Under the pieces are notes generated by a model. The model did not search any database, was not told where the DNA came from, and saw nothing but the letters and a program-made list of their open reading frames with translations. Below are positions 1-8,586 of a DNA stretch of 64,000 nt, piece after piece. This DNA is from an uncultured Alphaproteobacteria bacterium (lineage in GTDB: Bacteria > Pseudomonadota > Alphaproteobacteria > Methylaequorales > Methylaequoraceae). The stretch lies in NCBI GenBank assembly GCA_902563505.1, contig CACEXK010000005.1:6636-70635 (forward strand), read 5' to 3'. The translations under genes and the position numbers were made by a program. Positions within the stretch are counted from its first letter, which is position 1. Every line of letters begins with the position of its first letter.

Positions 1-2
1 AA

Positions 3-452
3 AAGGGAAAATTTTCAAATAGCGAAACTAAAAATTTATCCCTAAAAGCTAAATCTAATAATCTATCTCCTCAACAAGAAAAATCTCATGAGAATAAAAC
101 ACATGAGAGAGAGGTCTCTGATCAGCCGAATCAACCAAATTTAATTAACCAGGATAATTTAGATTATAAAATAAAAAAAAATAGAATAACTGAAGAAGTT
201 TTTGAAAACCCAAAACTTAATCAGGAATCCTCAGTTAAAAAAAATGTGATTCAAAGCAAGATATATAAAGATTATCAAAATGATAATATTTATGATGAAA
301 AGAAAAATTCAGTAAAATTTGAAGAGGACCAACCTTTCCCGCAATTTAATCTTAATGTTAGTAATCCAATTTCTTGGAAATTAATGCTTTTAATTATGCT
401 TATGCAATTGCTAACTAATATTATGCTTGTGGTAGTTTTGTATCTTAAGTAG
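3..452 (+). CDS. 5'-truncated hypothetical protein with a C-terminal transmembrane helix
   Basis: The frame of ORF 246..452 is open back to base 3 (KGKFSNSETK...). Low-complexity hydrophilic region, then hydrophobic WKLMLLIMLMQLLTNIMLVVVLYLK. The stop overlaps the next start. Confidence 0.6.
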   Translation, partial: KGKFSNSETKNLSLKAKSNNLSPQQEKSHENKTHEREVSDQPNQPNLINQDNLDYKIKKNRITEEVFENPKLNQESSVKKNVIQSKIYKDYQNDNIYDEKKNSVKFEEDQPFPQFNLNVSNPISWKLMLLIMLMQLLTNIMLVVVLYLK

Positions 453-1831
453 TGCAAATGCAAGATTATTTAAAAAGATTTTTTTCTGAAAATTTAAAAT
501 CAAGTCCAAAATTTGGGGAAAGCAAAAATGCCCCAAGAAGTTTAAATGAAATCTTTTCCTCAAAAAATATTATACTACTCTCAAAGAATCTCAGAGAAGT
601 GCTTCGCGAGAGAAGGTTTTTATATTTTACAAAAAAAGGACCCATTGAGATTGTATTTAATGTAAAACATTATATTTCTGCATTTATACTCTCTCTTGTT
701 TTTATTTTTAAATTTGCTCAATTTTTATTTTTTGGGGTTTCTACTTTCTTTAATTATGTAACTTATAAAAATATTGAGACCAATAATAAAAAATTCACTG
801 AATCTGAAATTCAAACTTTAAAAGATATTGCCAAAGAAGCAATTAACATTGAGGATGCAAGTATAAGAATTCTCGAGGATAGCGAGTTTGTTGATTCCGG
901 AGATGAAATATATAGTGAAAAAACAGAAATTAAAATAGAGTTTAGAGAGAAACTGGATAACATCAAATCACTGGTTTCAAGATTTGGAAAAAGCTTTACA
1001 AACGAGATTCAATACTCAGATGAGGTAATTTTTGACCAATTTTCTGGTTTGGCTAACCCAGAAATGGTTGCTATTGAGCATTCATTAAATAATAAGATAG
1101 TTTCAATCAAACCATCTAAAATTAATAAAAAAACATTTGCTTATAAAGATCTCCCTGTTATTCCATTTATTGCACCTAGGACTAAGAAGTTAAAAATAAT
1201 CCATTTTACAAAACAGTTAGATAATGAAATTATGCAACTGGTAAATGTTTTTAAGAGTTTAAATTTGAGACCAGATAATATTGATATTGCAAGCATTGAG
1301 AGTTTAATAAATGATTCAAATATTCAAAGTAATAATGAGAAACTTATCGAAGATACATCCCTGAGATTTCAGCACCTTGAAGAATTAAAAAATGCTATAA
1401 TTTTTTTACCACTCAAACCTCCAATGCAGTATTATTATGTATCAAGTCCATACGGCTTTAGAATTCATCCAAAAAGTAAAAGAAGAGCAATGCATCATGG
1501 TATTGATATGGCCGGCACTTGGCAAGAAGAAGTGAGAGCTCCTGCTGATGGGTACATTACATCAGCTGGCAGAAACGGATCATTTGGAAAGACAATAAAG
1601 ATTATTCATAAACATGGTGTTTCAACTCTGTATGGGCATCTTCACAAACTTACAGTAAAAAAAGGCCAATTTGTTCAAGAGGGACAAATTATTGGAAAAA
1701 TGGGTTCCACTGGAAGAGCGGTAGGAGCACATTTACATTATGAAATCAAGGTTAACAAAAAATCAGTTAATCCCTACGACTTTATATCTATTGGAAGAGA
1801 ACTTTTAAGTAGTTCGATAATAAGAAGATAA
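452..1831 (+). CDS. M23 family metallopeptidase (peptidoglycan endopeptidase) with N-terminal membrane anchor
   Basis: YYYVSSPYGFRIHP, HxxxD (HHGIDMA) and HxH (HLHYEI) zinc motifs; hydrophobic segment near the N-terminus. Confidence 0.9.
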   Translation: MQMQDYLKRFFSENLKSSPKFGESKNAPRSLNEIFSSKNIILLSKNLREVLRERRFLYFTKKGPIEIVFNVKHYISAFILSLVFIFKFAQFLFFGVSTFFNYVTYKNIETNNKKFTESEIQTLKDIAKEAINIEDASIRILEDSEFVDSGDEIYSEKTEIKIEFREKLDNIKSLVSRFGKSFTNEIQYSDEVIFDQFSGLANPEMVAIEHSLNNKIVSIKPSKINKKTFAYKDLPVIPFIAPRTKKLKIIHFTKQLDNEIMQLVNVFKSLNLRPDNIDIASIESLINDSNIQSNNEKLIEDTSLRFQHLEELKNAIIFLPLKPPMQYYYVSSPYGFRIHPKSKRRAMHHGIDMAGTWQEEVRAPADGYITSAGRNGSFGKTIKIIHKHGVSTLYGHLHKLTVKKGQFVQEGQIIGKMGSTGRAVGAHLHYEIKVNKKSVNPYDFISIGRELLSSSIIRR

Positions 1832-1839
1832 AAAAAATA

Positions 1840-1855
1840 TGGCATTATTTTTGCT
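1840..1855 (+). promoter_or_regulatory. sigma54 (-24/-12) promoter of the slt gene
   Basis: TGGCATTATTTTTGCT; GG and GC separated by exactly 10 nt; 11 nt lie between the motif and the ATG. Confidence 0.8.
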
Positions 1856-1866
1856 CATAACTATTT

Positions 1867-2490
1867 ATGAGATTTCAAAAAATAATATTATTTTTTATTT
1901 TTTTAATCATTTTTGATTATTCCCACTCATACCAATTAACCAACTGTAGTAGTTTAACAGAAAAATATGGTAGGCAATTTAATTTACCTAACAAACTTCT
2001 AACCTCTATCTCATTGGTAGAGTCTGGAAAAAAAGTTGGAGATAAATTTGTCTCATGGCCATGGACTCTTAATGTTGGTGGCAATTCAAAGTTTTTTAAT
2101 AATAAAGAGGAGACATTAGTTTTTTTAAGAAAAAATTATTCAAAAAATAAAAATATAGATGTAGGTTGTATGCAAATAAGTCTAAAATATCACGCCAAAG
2201 AATTTGACAATCTTGAAGATATTTTAGATCCTGAGAATAATGTCGAATACGGTGCAAAATTTTTAAAATCTCTTTATAATAGGCATAAATCATGGAATGA
2301 AGCAATATCAAGATACCATTCATCAATTCCAAAGAATAAAATAAAATATCTCAAAAAAGTCAGGGTTTTTTGGTCTGACTTGAGACAAAGAAAAAAATAT
2401 GTCGATGTAAAAATTATTAGTGAAAAACAAAAAAAAATTGACTTTTTTCGAGAAGAATTTAGCAGGAAAAAATCATCAAATGAAATATGA
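1867..2490 (+). CDS. Lytic transglycosylase (SLT domain), probably flagellum-associated
   Basis: Signal peptide, catalytic SLVESG, PWTLN, IDVGCMQISLKYH, AISRYHS motifs; preceded by a sigma54 promoter. Confidence 0.85.
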   Translation: MRFQKIILFFIFLIIFDYSHSYQLTNCSSLTEKYGRQFNLPNKLLTSISLVESGKKVGDKFVSWPWTLNVGGNSKFFNNKEETLVFLRKNYSKNKNIDVGCMQISLKYHAKEFDNLEDILDPENNVEYGAKFLKSLYNRHKSWNEAISRYHSSIPKNKIKYLKKVRVFWSDLRQRKKYVDVKIISEKQKKIDFFREEFSRKKSSNEI

Positions 2491-2492
2491 AG

Positions 2493-2508
2493 TGGCAAGA
2501 AATTTGCA
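2493..2508 (+). promoter_or_regulatory. sigma54 (-24/-12) promoter of a small ORF
   Basis: TGGCAAGAAATTTGCA, correct 10-nt GG-GC spacing. Confidence 0.8.
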
Positions 2509-2536
2509 ACAATATTAACATAACTAAGGAGTTAAA

Positions 2537-2710
2537 ATGAATTTAAATAAAGAAATTACTAATGAAGATTCTAATAATGTTTCTGGTCACTACACTTACA
2601 TAGAAATTTCTCATTACGATGACGATAAATTACTTAAAACTGAAACATATCCTTTAAGTCATTTTTTAGAAGGGTTTGAAAAAGAATTCAAGAGAGTAAG
2701 ATACAATTAG
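2537..2710 (+). CDS. 57-aa hypothetical microprotein (not in the ORF track)
   Basis: MNLNKEITNEDSNNVSGHYTYIEISHYDDDKLLKTETYPLSHFLEGFEKEFKRVRYN*; AAGGAG Shine-Dalgarno at 2526-2531; sigma54 promoter upstream. Confidence 0.7.
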   Translation: MNLNKEITNEDSNNVSGHYTYIEISHYDDDKLLKTETYPLSHFLEGFEKEFKRVRYN

Positions 2711-2807
2711 AGAATTTGAGAACTCTTCAAACACTCAAAAGTCGATAATTCATTTTAAATTGTTACTGGTAAATCGCTATTTAAGTTTTGCAAATAATTA
2801 AATATTC

Positions 2808-4262
2808 TTAAACATTCAAACTCTGAATTTTCATCATCCTTCTTCTTATTGAGGAAGAGGGGATGTTAAGTAACTCTCTATATTTTGCTACTGTTCTTCT
2901 AGCTAAATTTATTCCCTCTGACTGGAGTTTAGTTACAAGAATTTCATCACTAAAGGGACAATTTATTGGTTCATTAGTGATTAATCTTTTCAGAGATTCT
3001 CTTACTGAGGCTGCTGAATGACTCTCTCCTTTAATAGTTCCACTAATTGATGCGCTGAAGAATAACTTCATTTCAAAAATCCCCCTAGGAGTCAGCATTA
3101 ATTTGTCAGTAGTAACCCGACTGACAGTACTCTCGTGCATGTCTATTTTTTTTGCAACATCTTTCAGGATCATTGGTTTAAGATATTTTTTTCCTTTTTC
3201 AAAAAATAGTTTTTGTTGATTTACAATTTCTGCACTGATTTTGAGTGTGGTTAAATTTCTTTGTTGTATTGCTTTCATCAACCATTTGGCTGAATTAAGG
3301 TTTTCTGTAATAAATTTTTTATCAGAATCAGAACAATTTAATTTCTCAATTTCTTTAACATATTCTTCATTTACAGTAACTTTTGGTAATGTGCTATCGT
3401 TTAATTCAACTTCCCAATTACCATTGTTTTTTGAAACTATAATGTCTGGGTTAAAGATATTGGTATTTTCATCAGAGTACTTGGTACCAGGTTTTGGGTT
3501 AAGTAATCTTATCAATCTAATATTTTCGCGAAGTTGATCCTCTTTTAAATTAGTTTTTTTCTGAAGTTCTTTAAGATTTCCGTTTCCAAGAAGCTCTAAA
3601 TTTTCTATGATTAATTTTCGCTCATCTGTTAATTTTTCTTCATTCAATAATTGAATCATGAGGCATTCCTTTAAATTTCTAGCAAAAACTCCATTTGGAT
3701 CAAATTTTTGCATTCTCAAAAGAACTTCTTCAATTTTAGTTTTTTCATAACCACTGAATGAAGAGATTTCATCTAAATCGTTGGTGATCCATCCATTAGG
3801 GTCAATATAATCAATAAGTATTTCTGCAATATTTTTTTCTTTTGTATCAGAGAATTCTAAATCAGCTTGACTTCTTAGGATAGATTTAAGGGATAACTTT
3901 TCACTCAGTGTTTGTTCGACTACAGACCCCGGGTCAATTGAATCATTATTTGAAGACTTGTTGTATGTATTATAAGTTGGATCTAAATCCCATCTATTTT
4001 CATAATCATCATTTTTTGGTTCATCTTTAAGAGATTCACCTGTTTCAAACGAATCATTAAGATCATTAGTATTTTCATCAAACTCCTCAGAATTTTCCTC
4101 ACTACTCTGATTTTCAAGAAAGGGATTTTCCTCAAGTTCTTTATTTACAAGATCAGTTAATTCTAAATTATTGAGTTGGAGAAGTTTTATCGCTTGCTGA
4201 AGTTGTGGGGTCATCACAAGTGACTGGCTTTGCTTTAATTTTAAATTCTGAGTAATTTGCAT
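2808..4262 (-). CDS. rpoN: RNA polymerase sigma-54 factor
   Basis: N-terminal QSQSLVMTPQLQQAIKLLQL, MHESTVSRV HTH, RpoN box ARRTVAKYRE. Confidence 0.98.
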   Translation of the reverse strand: MQITQNLKLKQSQSLVMTPQLQQAIKLLQLNNLELTDLVNKELEENPFLENQSSEENSEEFDENTNDLNDSFETGESLKDEPKNDDYENRWDLDPTYNTYNKSSNNDSIDPGSVVEQTLSEKLSLKSILRSQADLEFSDTKEKNIAEILIDYIDPNGWITNDLDEISSFSGYEKTKIEEVLLRMQKFDPNGVFARNLKECLMIQLLNEEKLTDERKLIIENLELLGNGNLKELQKKTNLKEDQLRENIRLIRLLNPKPGTKYSDENTNIFNPDIIVSKNNGNWEVELNDSTLPKVTVNEEYVKEIEKLNCSDSDKKFITENLNSAKWLMKAIQQRNLTTLKISAEIVNQQKLFFEKGKKYLKPMILKDVAKKIDMHESTVSRVTTDKLMLTPRGIFEMKLFFSASISGTIKGESHSAASVRESLKRLITNEPINCPFSDEILVTKLQSEGINLARRTVAKYRELLNIPSSSIRRRMMKIQSLNV

Positions 4263-4336
4263 TTTTTTTTCCTTTCGATTCTAATTTGACTATTTTTTTC
4301 ATAGAAATGCAAAATCTTAATTTGACAGTTTATTTT

Positions 4337-4352
4337 TGTCAGAAAAGTGACA
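4337..4352. promoter_or_regulatory. Palindromic operator TGTCA-N6-TGACA upstream of rpoN (FleQ-box-like)
   Basis: TGTCAGAAAAGTGACA is 15/16 identical to the reverse complement of the box at 25206-25221. It overlaps a minus-strand CTGACA-N17-TAAGAT sigma70-like promoter (4342..4314). Confidence 0.6.
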
Positions 4353-4443
4353 CAAATAGTAGGAATACTTATAACTAAATGTTTTTACCCTTTTACCTAA
4401 TAAATCTGGATATTTTTTTAGCAATAATTTATTATTATCAAGT

Positions 4444-4986
4444 ATGTTAAAAATAATTCCATTGATAATTATTCCTTTATTTTTTTTTATTATTTTTCTT
4501 GGTGTTGAAAACCTGACACAAATTTCTGATGCAAAAAAAGAAAATATAAGAAGTGAATTAGAGAAATTAGATCAAAAAGATGATTTTTTAGAAAAAACCG
4601 CTGAAAATATCCAAGTAACCAATAAAGTAAGTCCAGATGAGAATAAAGATGAAGGAATAATCGTCAAGGAAACTAAAAATAACAAAGACTTAAAAAAAGA
4701 TCAAGAGGCTAAAAAGTTAAAAAATCCTCCTAAGGCAATTAAAAAACCTATAAAAATTAAGATGCAATTTGGGGCATTCAAAAAAAAAGATTATGCAAAT
4801 TCTTCAAAACAATCGATCGAAAAAAAAATAAAACAAAAATTCCCTGATTTTTCAATTATTGTAAATTTTGATAATAAAAAAAATCTTTACAAATTAATTC
4901 ATTTTTCTGAGGATTTAAGCATTGCTAAAGAAGTGTGTGAATTTAGTAAAAAGAAAAAAATAGGTTGTCTAATAGTCAAAAAATGA
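4444..4986 (+). CDS. Membrane-anchored SPOR-domain-like protein
   Basis: N-terminal TM helix, charged linker, C-terminal MQFGAF...LYKL...AKEVC...GCLIVK pattern. Confidence 0.6.
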   Translation: MLKIIPLIIIPLFFFIIFLGVENLTQISDAKKENIRSELEKLDQKDDFLEKTAENIQVTNKVSPDENKDEGIIVKETKNNKDLKKDQEAKKLKNPPKAIKKPIKIKMQFGAFKKKDYANSSKQSIEKKIKQKFPDFSIIVNFDNKKNLYKLIHFSEDLSIAKEVCEFSKKKKIGCLIVKK

Positions 4987-5183
4987 AAAATTGCAGAATA
5001 TGTATTATAATTAGATTTTTTTTGGCTAGTGTTTTGTTATTAATAATAATTGGTTTGTCAATGACAGATAATTTACATTATTTATCTTATGTAACATCCT
5101 GGAATGCTGCAATTTTAGTTTTGGTTCTTGGTGTTATAATTTTTCTGGTGAGATTTTTCGAATACTTAAAGACAAAAGATTAA
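4983..5183 (+). CDS. Small two-helix membrane protein
   Basis: ATG at 4983 overlaps the upstream TGA (ATGA); two hydrophobic stretches; CxxC near the N-terminus. Confidence 0.6.
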   Translation: MKNCRICIIIRFFLASVLLLIIIGLSMTDNLHYLSYVTSWNAAILVLVLGVIIFLVRFFEYLKTKD

Positions 5184-5653
5184 CGATCTCTCAGGAATCT
5201 TACAAATAATTTTTTTTCTGGGACAAATCTCCCGTAAGAGTGACCAGTGAAAAAATTAACAGACCAAAAAAATTTGGGTGACCACCAATTTCTCTGTGAA
5301 GTCCAAAATGGCTCAGCTGGAGTATCTGGAAAAAACTCTAAATTAATTTTTACTTCACTACATTTTTTGCAAACTAAACTTTCTAACTCTTTTCTTTTAG
5401 GAAGTCTCCATTTTCCTTCCAATTGCTCATTTATAATTCTATTTGCTTCTTTAATCTCATTTAGATCGAGTTTTACTGGTTGACCGATACATTTTTCTTG
5501 TTTATCACTCCATTGTTGACCAGCAGAACATTTAAGCCATTCAACTTTATTCCTTAAATCTATCACATAATATCCCCTATCAATAAAATCAGCAGAAATT
5601 GCTGATTTTATGTAAAAGGATATAAAAATTACTATAAAAACTAAAAATTTCAT
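5180..5653 (-). CDS. DUF1566 (Lcl C-terminal) domain exported protein
   Basis: Signal peptide, WLKCSAGQQW, WRLPKRKELESL, FPDTPAEPFWTS, WSVNFFTG motifs. Confidence 0.8.
   Translation of the reverse strand: MKFLVFIVIFISFYIKSAISADFIDRGYYVIDLRNKVEWLKCSAGQQWSDKQEKCIGQPVKLDLNEIKEANRIINEQLEGKWRLPKRKELESLVCKKCSEVKINLEFFPDTPAEPFWTSQRNWWSPKFFWSVNFFTGHSYGRFVPEKKLFVRFLRDR
5583..5611. repeat. 12-bp perfect inverted repeat with a 5-nt loop
   Basis: ATAAAATCAGCA-GAAAT-TGCTGATTTTAT. Confidence 0.7.
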
Positions 5654-5709
5654 ATTTACTATTATATAATTACATAAAATAACGAAAAAAAAAAAAAACT
5701 TTTAAGTTT

Positions 5710-5725
5710 TGGTATTAAAGTTGCA
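5710..5725 (+). promoter_or_regulatory. sigma54 (-24/-12) promoter of motAB
   Basis: TGGTATTAAAGTTGCA, correct spacing, 56 nt before the motA ATG. Confidence 0.8.
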
Positions 5726-5781
5726 GTTTACATACCAAAATATTATTTTAATAATAAGAATTAATGTTAATGGATATTTAA

Positions 5782-6549
5782 ATGGATTTAGCTTCTTTAA
5801 TTGGTTTTTTAGGTACAATAGGGATGATTGCTGGAGCAATGATTTCAGCAGGTGGATTAGGGATGTATATTGATGTTCCTTCTATATTAATTGTTTTTGG
5901 AGGTTCCTTTTTTGCAGTAATGTATACAGCTCCATTACCTACTTATTTAGGCGCGTGGGGCGCATTTGGTAAAGCTTTTAAACCACCAGTTAAAAAAATG
6001 GATGAATTAATAACTAGAATTGTTGAGCTCGCCGGTATTGCTAGAAAAGATGGTATGATGGCACTTGAGGGACAAGAAACCCCAGACCCTTTCTTTGATA
6101 ATGGTCTTCAGATGCTTGTCGATGGAGCTGATGAAGCCAAACTAACTGTTCAATTAAAAAAAGAACTAGCAGCTATGCAAGTTCGTCATAAATCTATGAT
6201 AGGAGTTGCACAATCTTGGGTTGACATAGCACCTGCAATGGGAATGATTGGAACTCTCGTTGGTTTGGTAGCAATGTTAGGAAATATGGCTGACCCAAAA
6301 GCAATTGGTCCTGCAATGGCTGTTGCTCTATTGACTACACTCTACGGAGCAATGATCGCAAACACTATCTTTACACCTATAGTAATTAAACTCAAGGGTT
6401 ATGACGCTTACGAAACAACTTACAGAGAAATGATTATTACTGGATTGCAATTTATTTCTAGAGGTGAAAGCCCAAGAAATATCCAAGATCAGCTCATAGC
6501 TAACCTTCCACCAAAAGAAAAACAAGCATTGATTGAATCTGAAGCTTAA
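5782..6549 (+). CDS. motA: Flagellar stator A subunit, short PomA-like type
   Basis: MDLASLIG start; ARKDGMMALE; APAMGMIGTLVGLVAML; IGPAMAVALLTTLYGA; 255 aa. Confidence 0.97.
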   Translation: MDLASLIGFLGTIGMIAGAMISAGGLGMYIDVPSILIVFGGSFFAVMYTAPLPTYLGAWGAFGKAFKPPVKKMDELITRIVELAGIARKDGMMALEGQETPDPFFDNGLQMLVDGADEAKLTVQLKKELAAMQVRHKSMIGVAQSWVDIAPAMGMIGTLVGLVAMLGNMADPKAIGPAMAVALLTTLYGAMIANTIFTPIVIKLKGYDAYETTYREMIITGLQFISRGESPRNIQDQLIANLPPKEKQALIESEA

Positions 6550-6558
6550 AGGTAAAGT

Positions 6559-7737
6559 ATGGCTGAAGAAAAAAAAGAAAAAAAAGAAGAGGCAGTTGCT
6601 GCCGAAGAAGAAGAACACGAGTGTGAGGAGTGTCCTCCAAAGGGAGCGCCTGCATGGATGGCAACATTTGCTGATATGGCCACCCTTTTAATGGCTTTCT
6701 TCGTTTTGATTCTTTCTTTTGCTGAATTTAATGTCCCAAAATTTAAACAAATTAGTGGTAGTATGAAAAATGCCTTTGGTATTCAAAGAGTTATACCAAC
6801 AGTTGAACAACCCAAAGGCACAACAATGCTAACACTGAATTTTAGTCCCAATCCAACTCCATCTGTAACAGATAATAATCAACAGCAAACAACTGAAACG
6901 GATCAAAAAGAAGTAGAACTCAAAACAAAAGATAATGATGCTACTAAGGACGACGGGGAAAATGAGGATGCTAAAGAATTAGCTCAAAACATTAAAGATG
7001 CTGTTTCACAAGGTGATTCAGATGTACAAGTTGAAACTGTTGGAGATAAAGTTGTTGTAAACTTTGACCCTCAAGAAACAGATGAAAAAGAAATGCAGGA
7101 GGCAGTCCAAGCCATTGAATCAATTAAAGCAGCCTCAGGAAAATCAGATACGGAAGTTCTGTTTGGGGGTGTAGAAAAACAATTAGCGCAATTATCAACC
7201 GCATCCAACAAGCAAGGTAAAGGCGAAGCTGATTCTAATGAAGGTAATGATATTGGGTCATCTCCAGATACCTCAAAGGATGAAGAAAGAAAAGCAAAAA
7301 TAGCCGAGGACAAGTTTAAAGTAGCTTTAAAAGAAGAAATGGGTGAAGGATTAATTGATATTGAGAGAAACGAAGATAAAGTAATAATTACTGTTGGCTC
7401 AGGAGGAGCATTTAAATCAGGTTCAGCCGATTTGACTACAAAGGCAAAAAAGATTATGGCAAAAATTGCAGAGGTTAATGAAAAAGGTAGAAGTGAAATT
7501 TTAGTATCTGGTCATACTGATAATAAACCATTAACATTTGGTTCGATTTATAGAGATAATTGGGATCTTGCTGCTGCAAGGTCGTCATCAGTGGTACAGG
7601 AACTGTCCGGAACAGGAAAATTAAAACCAGATAGAATGAAAGCAATTAGCTATGGAGAAACTCAACCAGTTGCAGACAATAAATCTTCTGAAGGAAGAGA
7701 AAAAAATAGAAGAATTGAAATTGAAATTAATTATTAA
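6559..7737 (+). CDS. motB: Flagellar stator B subunit, PomB-like, with OmpA-like PG-binding domain
   Basis: ECPPKGAPAWMATFADMATLLMAFFVLILSF TM with the essential Asp; GHTDN, NWDLAAARS, NRRIEI. Confidence 0.96.
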   Translation: MAEEKKEKKEEAVAAEEEEHECEECPPKGAPAWMATFADMATLLMAFFVLILSFAEFNVPKFKQISGSMKNAFGIQRVIPTVEQPKGTTMLTLNFSPNPTPSVTDNNQQQTTETDQKEVELKTKDNDATKDDGENEDAKELAQNIKDAVSQGDSDVQVETVGDKVVVNFDPQETDEKEMQEAVQAIESIKAASGKSDTEVLFGGVEKQLAQLSTASNKQGKGEADSNEGNDIGSSPDTSKDEERKAKIAEDKFKVALKEEMGEGLIDIERNEDKVIITVGSGGAFKSGSADLTTKAKKIMAKIAEVNEKGRSEILVSGHTDNKPLTFGSIYRDNWDLAAARSSSVVQELSGTGKLKPDRMKAISYGETQPVADNKSSEGREKNRRIEIEINY

Positions 7738-7743
7738 AATCTC

Positions 7744-8586
7744 ATGATTATTCAAAACAGCCCATTTTATAAGCCAAACCATTCTGTCAAGATAGTAGAT
7801 GAGGTAACTAAAAACATACCATTGGAAAATAAAAAAGAAACACAAGAGCTTAATGAAGAAGGGTTTTCTTTTTGGAAGTGGTTCAAAGGACTTGTTAACC
7901 CACTTCAAAATTTACCTTTAATTAGTGGAATATATTCCAGTGTGAATGCCGAGGATAAAAACTCAGATAGAGATTTAGTGCAAAATAGTCTTGGCGGTTT
8001 TTTGTATGGTGGACCAATTGGAGCTATTGCAGGTTTTGGCAACTGGGTTTTTAATAAGATTTTTGACAAGACTCCGACTGAATTGGCTTTGGATGCCTCT
8101 GGTATAAGTGATATTTGGAAAGATAATGATGAAAAAAAAGAGAATGTTATTGCCAAATCAGAGCAACCAGTAATTAGAGGAAATGAAAAAAGACTTTATT
8201 TACAAATGACCAGTAGTAATGATTTCTTAAAGAATTCAAAAAAAGATAAATTAAATTTAGAAAATAATTCGAACGAAAAATTAGCAAATCTTGATAATTC
8301 TATGGATTTAAAAAATGAAATAAAAAAAGATTTTATTTTGTCAAAAGAAAAAAAGATTGATCCAATAATTGTTTCAAAAAAGTTAGTTGAACCTGATTTA
8401 AAAAATAAATTTGTAAAATCCTCTAATGAGGAAGCGTTTAGAGAGATTAATTTTGATTATCCTGCTTGGAAACCAGAAAATTTGGAGATCTTAGGTAATA
8501 AAAGAGATCTAAAAAACTCAAAACTTAAGTATATGGATTTAGAAAAAAATAATTCCAAAGAATCATTTTATAATATAGATGCCTAA
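7744..8586 (+). CDS. Conserved hypothetical protein downstream of motB
   Basis: 280-aa ORF 6 nt after motB; core VNPLQNLPLISGIY...LGGFLYGGPIGAIAG; charged tail. Confidence 0.7.
   Translation: MIIQNSPFYKPNHSVKIVDEVTKNIPLENKKETQELNEEGFSFWKWFKGLVNPLQNLPLISGIYSSVNAEDKNSDRDLVQNSLGGFLYGGPIGAIAGFGNWVFNKIFDKTPTELALDASGISDIWKDNDEKKENVIAKSEQPVIRGNEKRLYLQMTSSNDFLKNSKKDKLNLENNSNEKLANLDNSMDLKNEIKKDFILSKEKKIDPIIVSKKLVEPDLKNKFVKSSNEEAFREINFDYPAWKPENLEILGNKRDLKNSKLKYMDLEKNNSKESFYNIDA

Noticed and set aside
4407-4423. sigma54-like TGG...GCA upstream of the SPOR-like gene
   Set aside because: GG-GC spacing is 11 nt, not the required 10.
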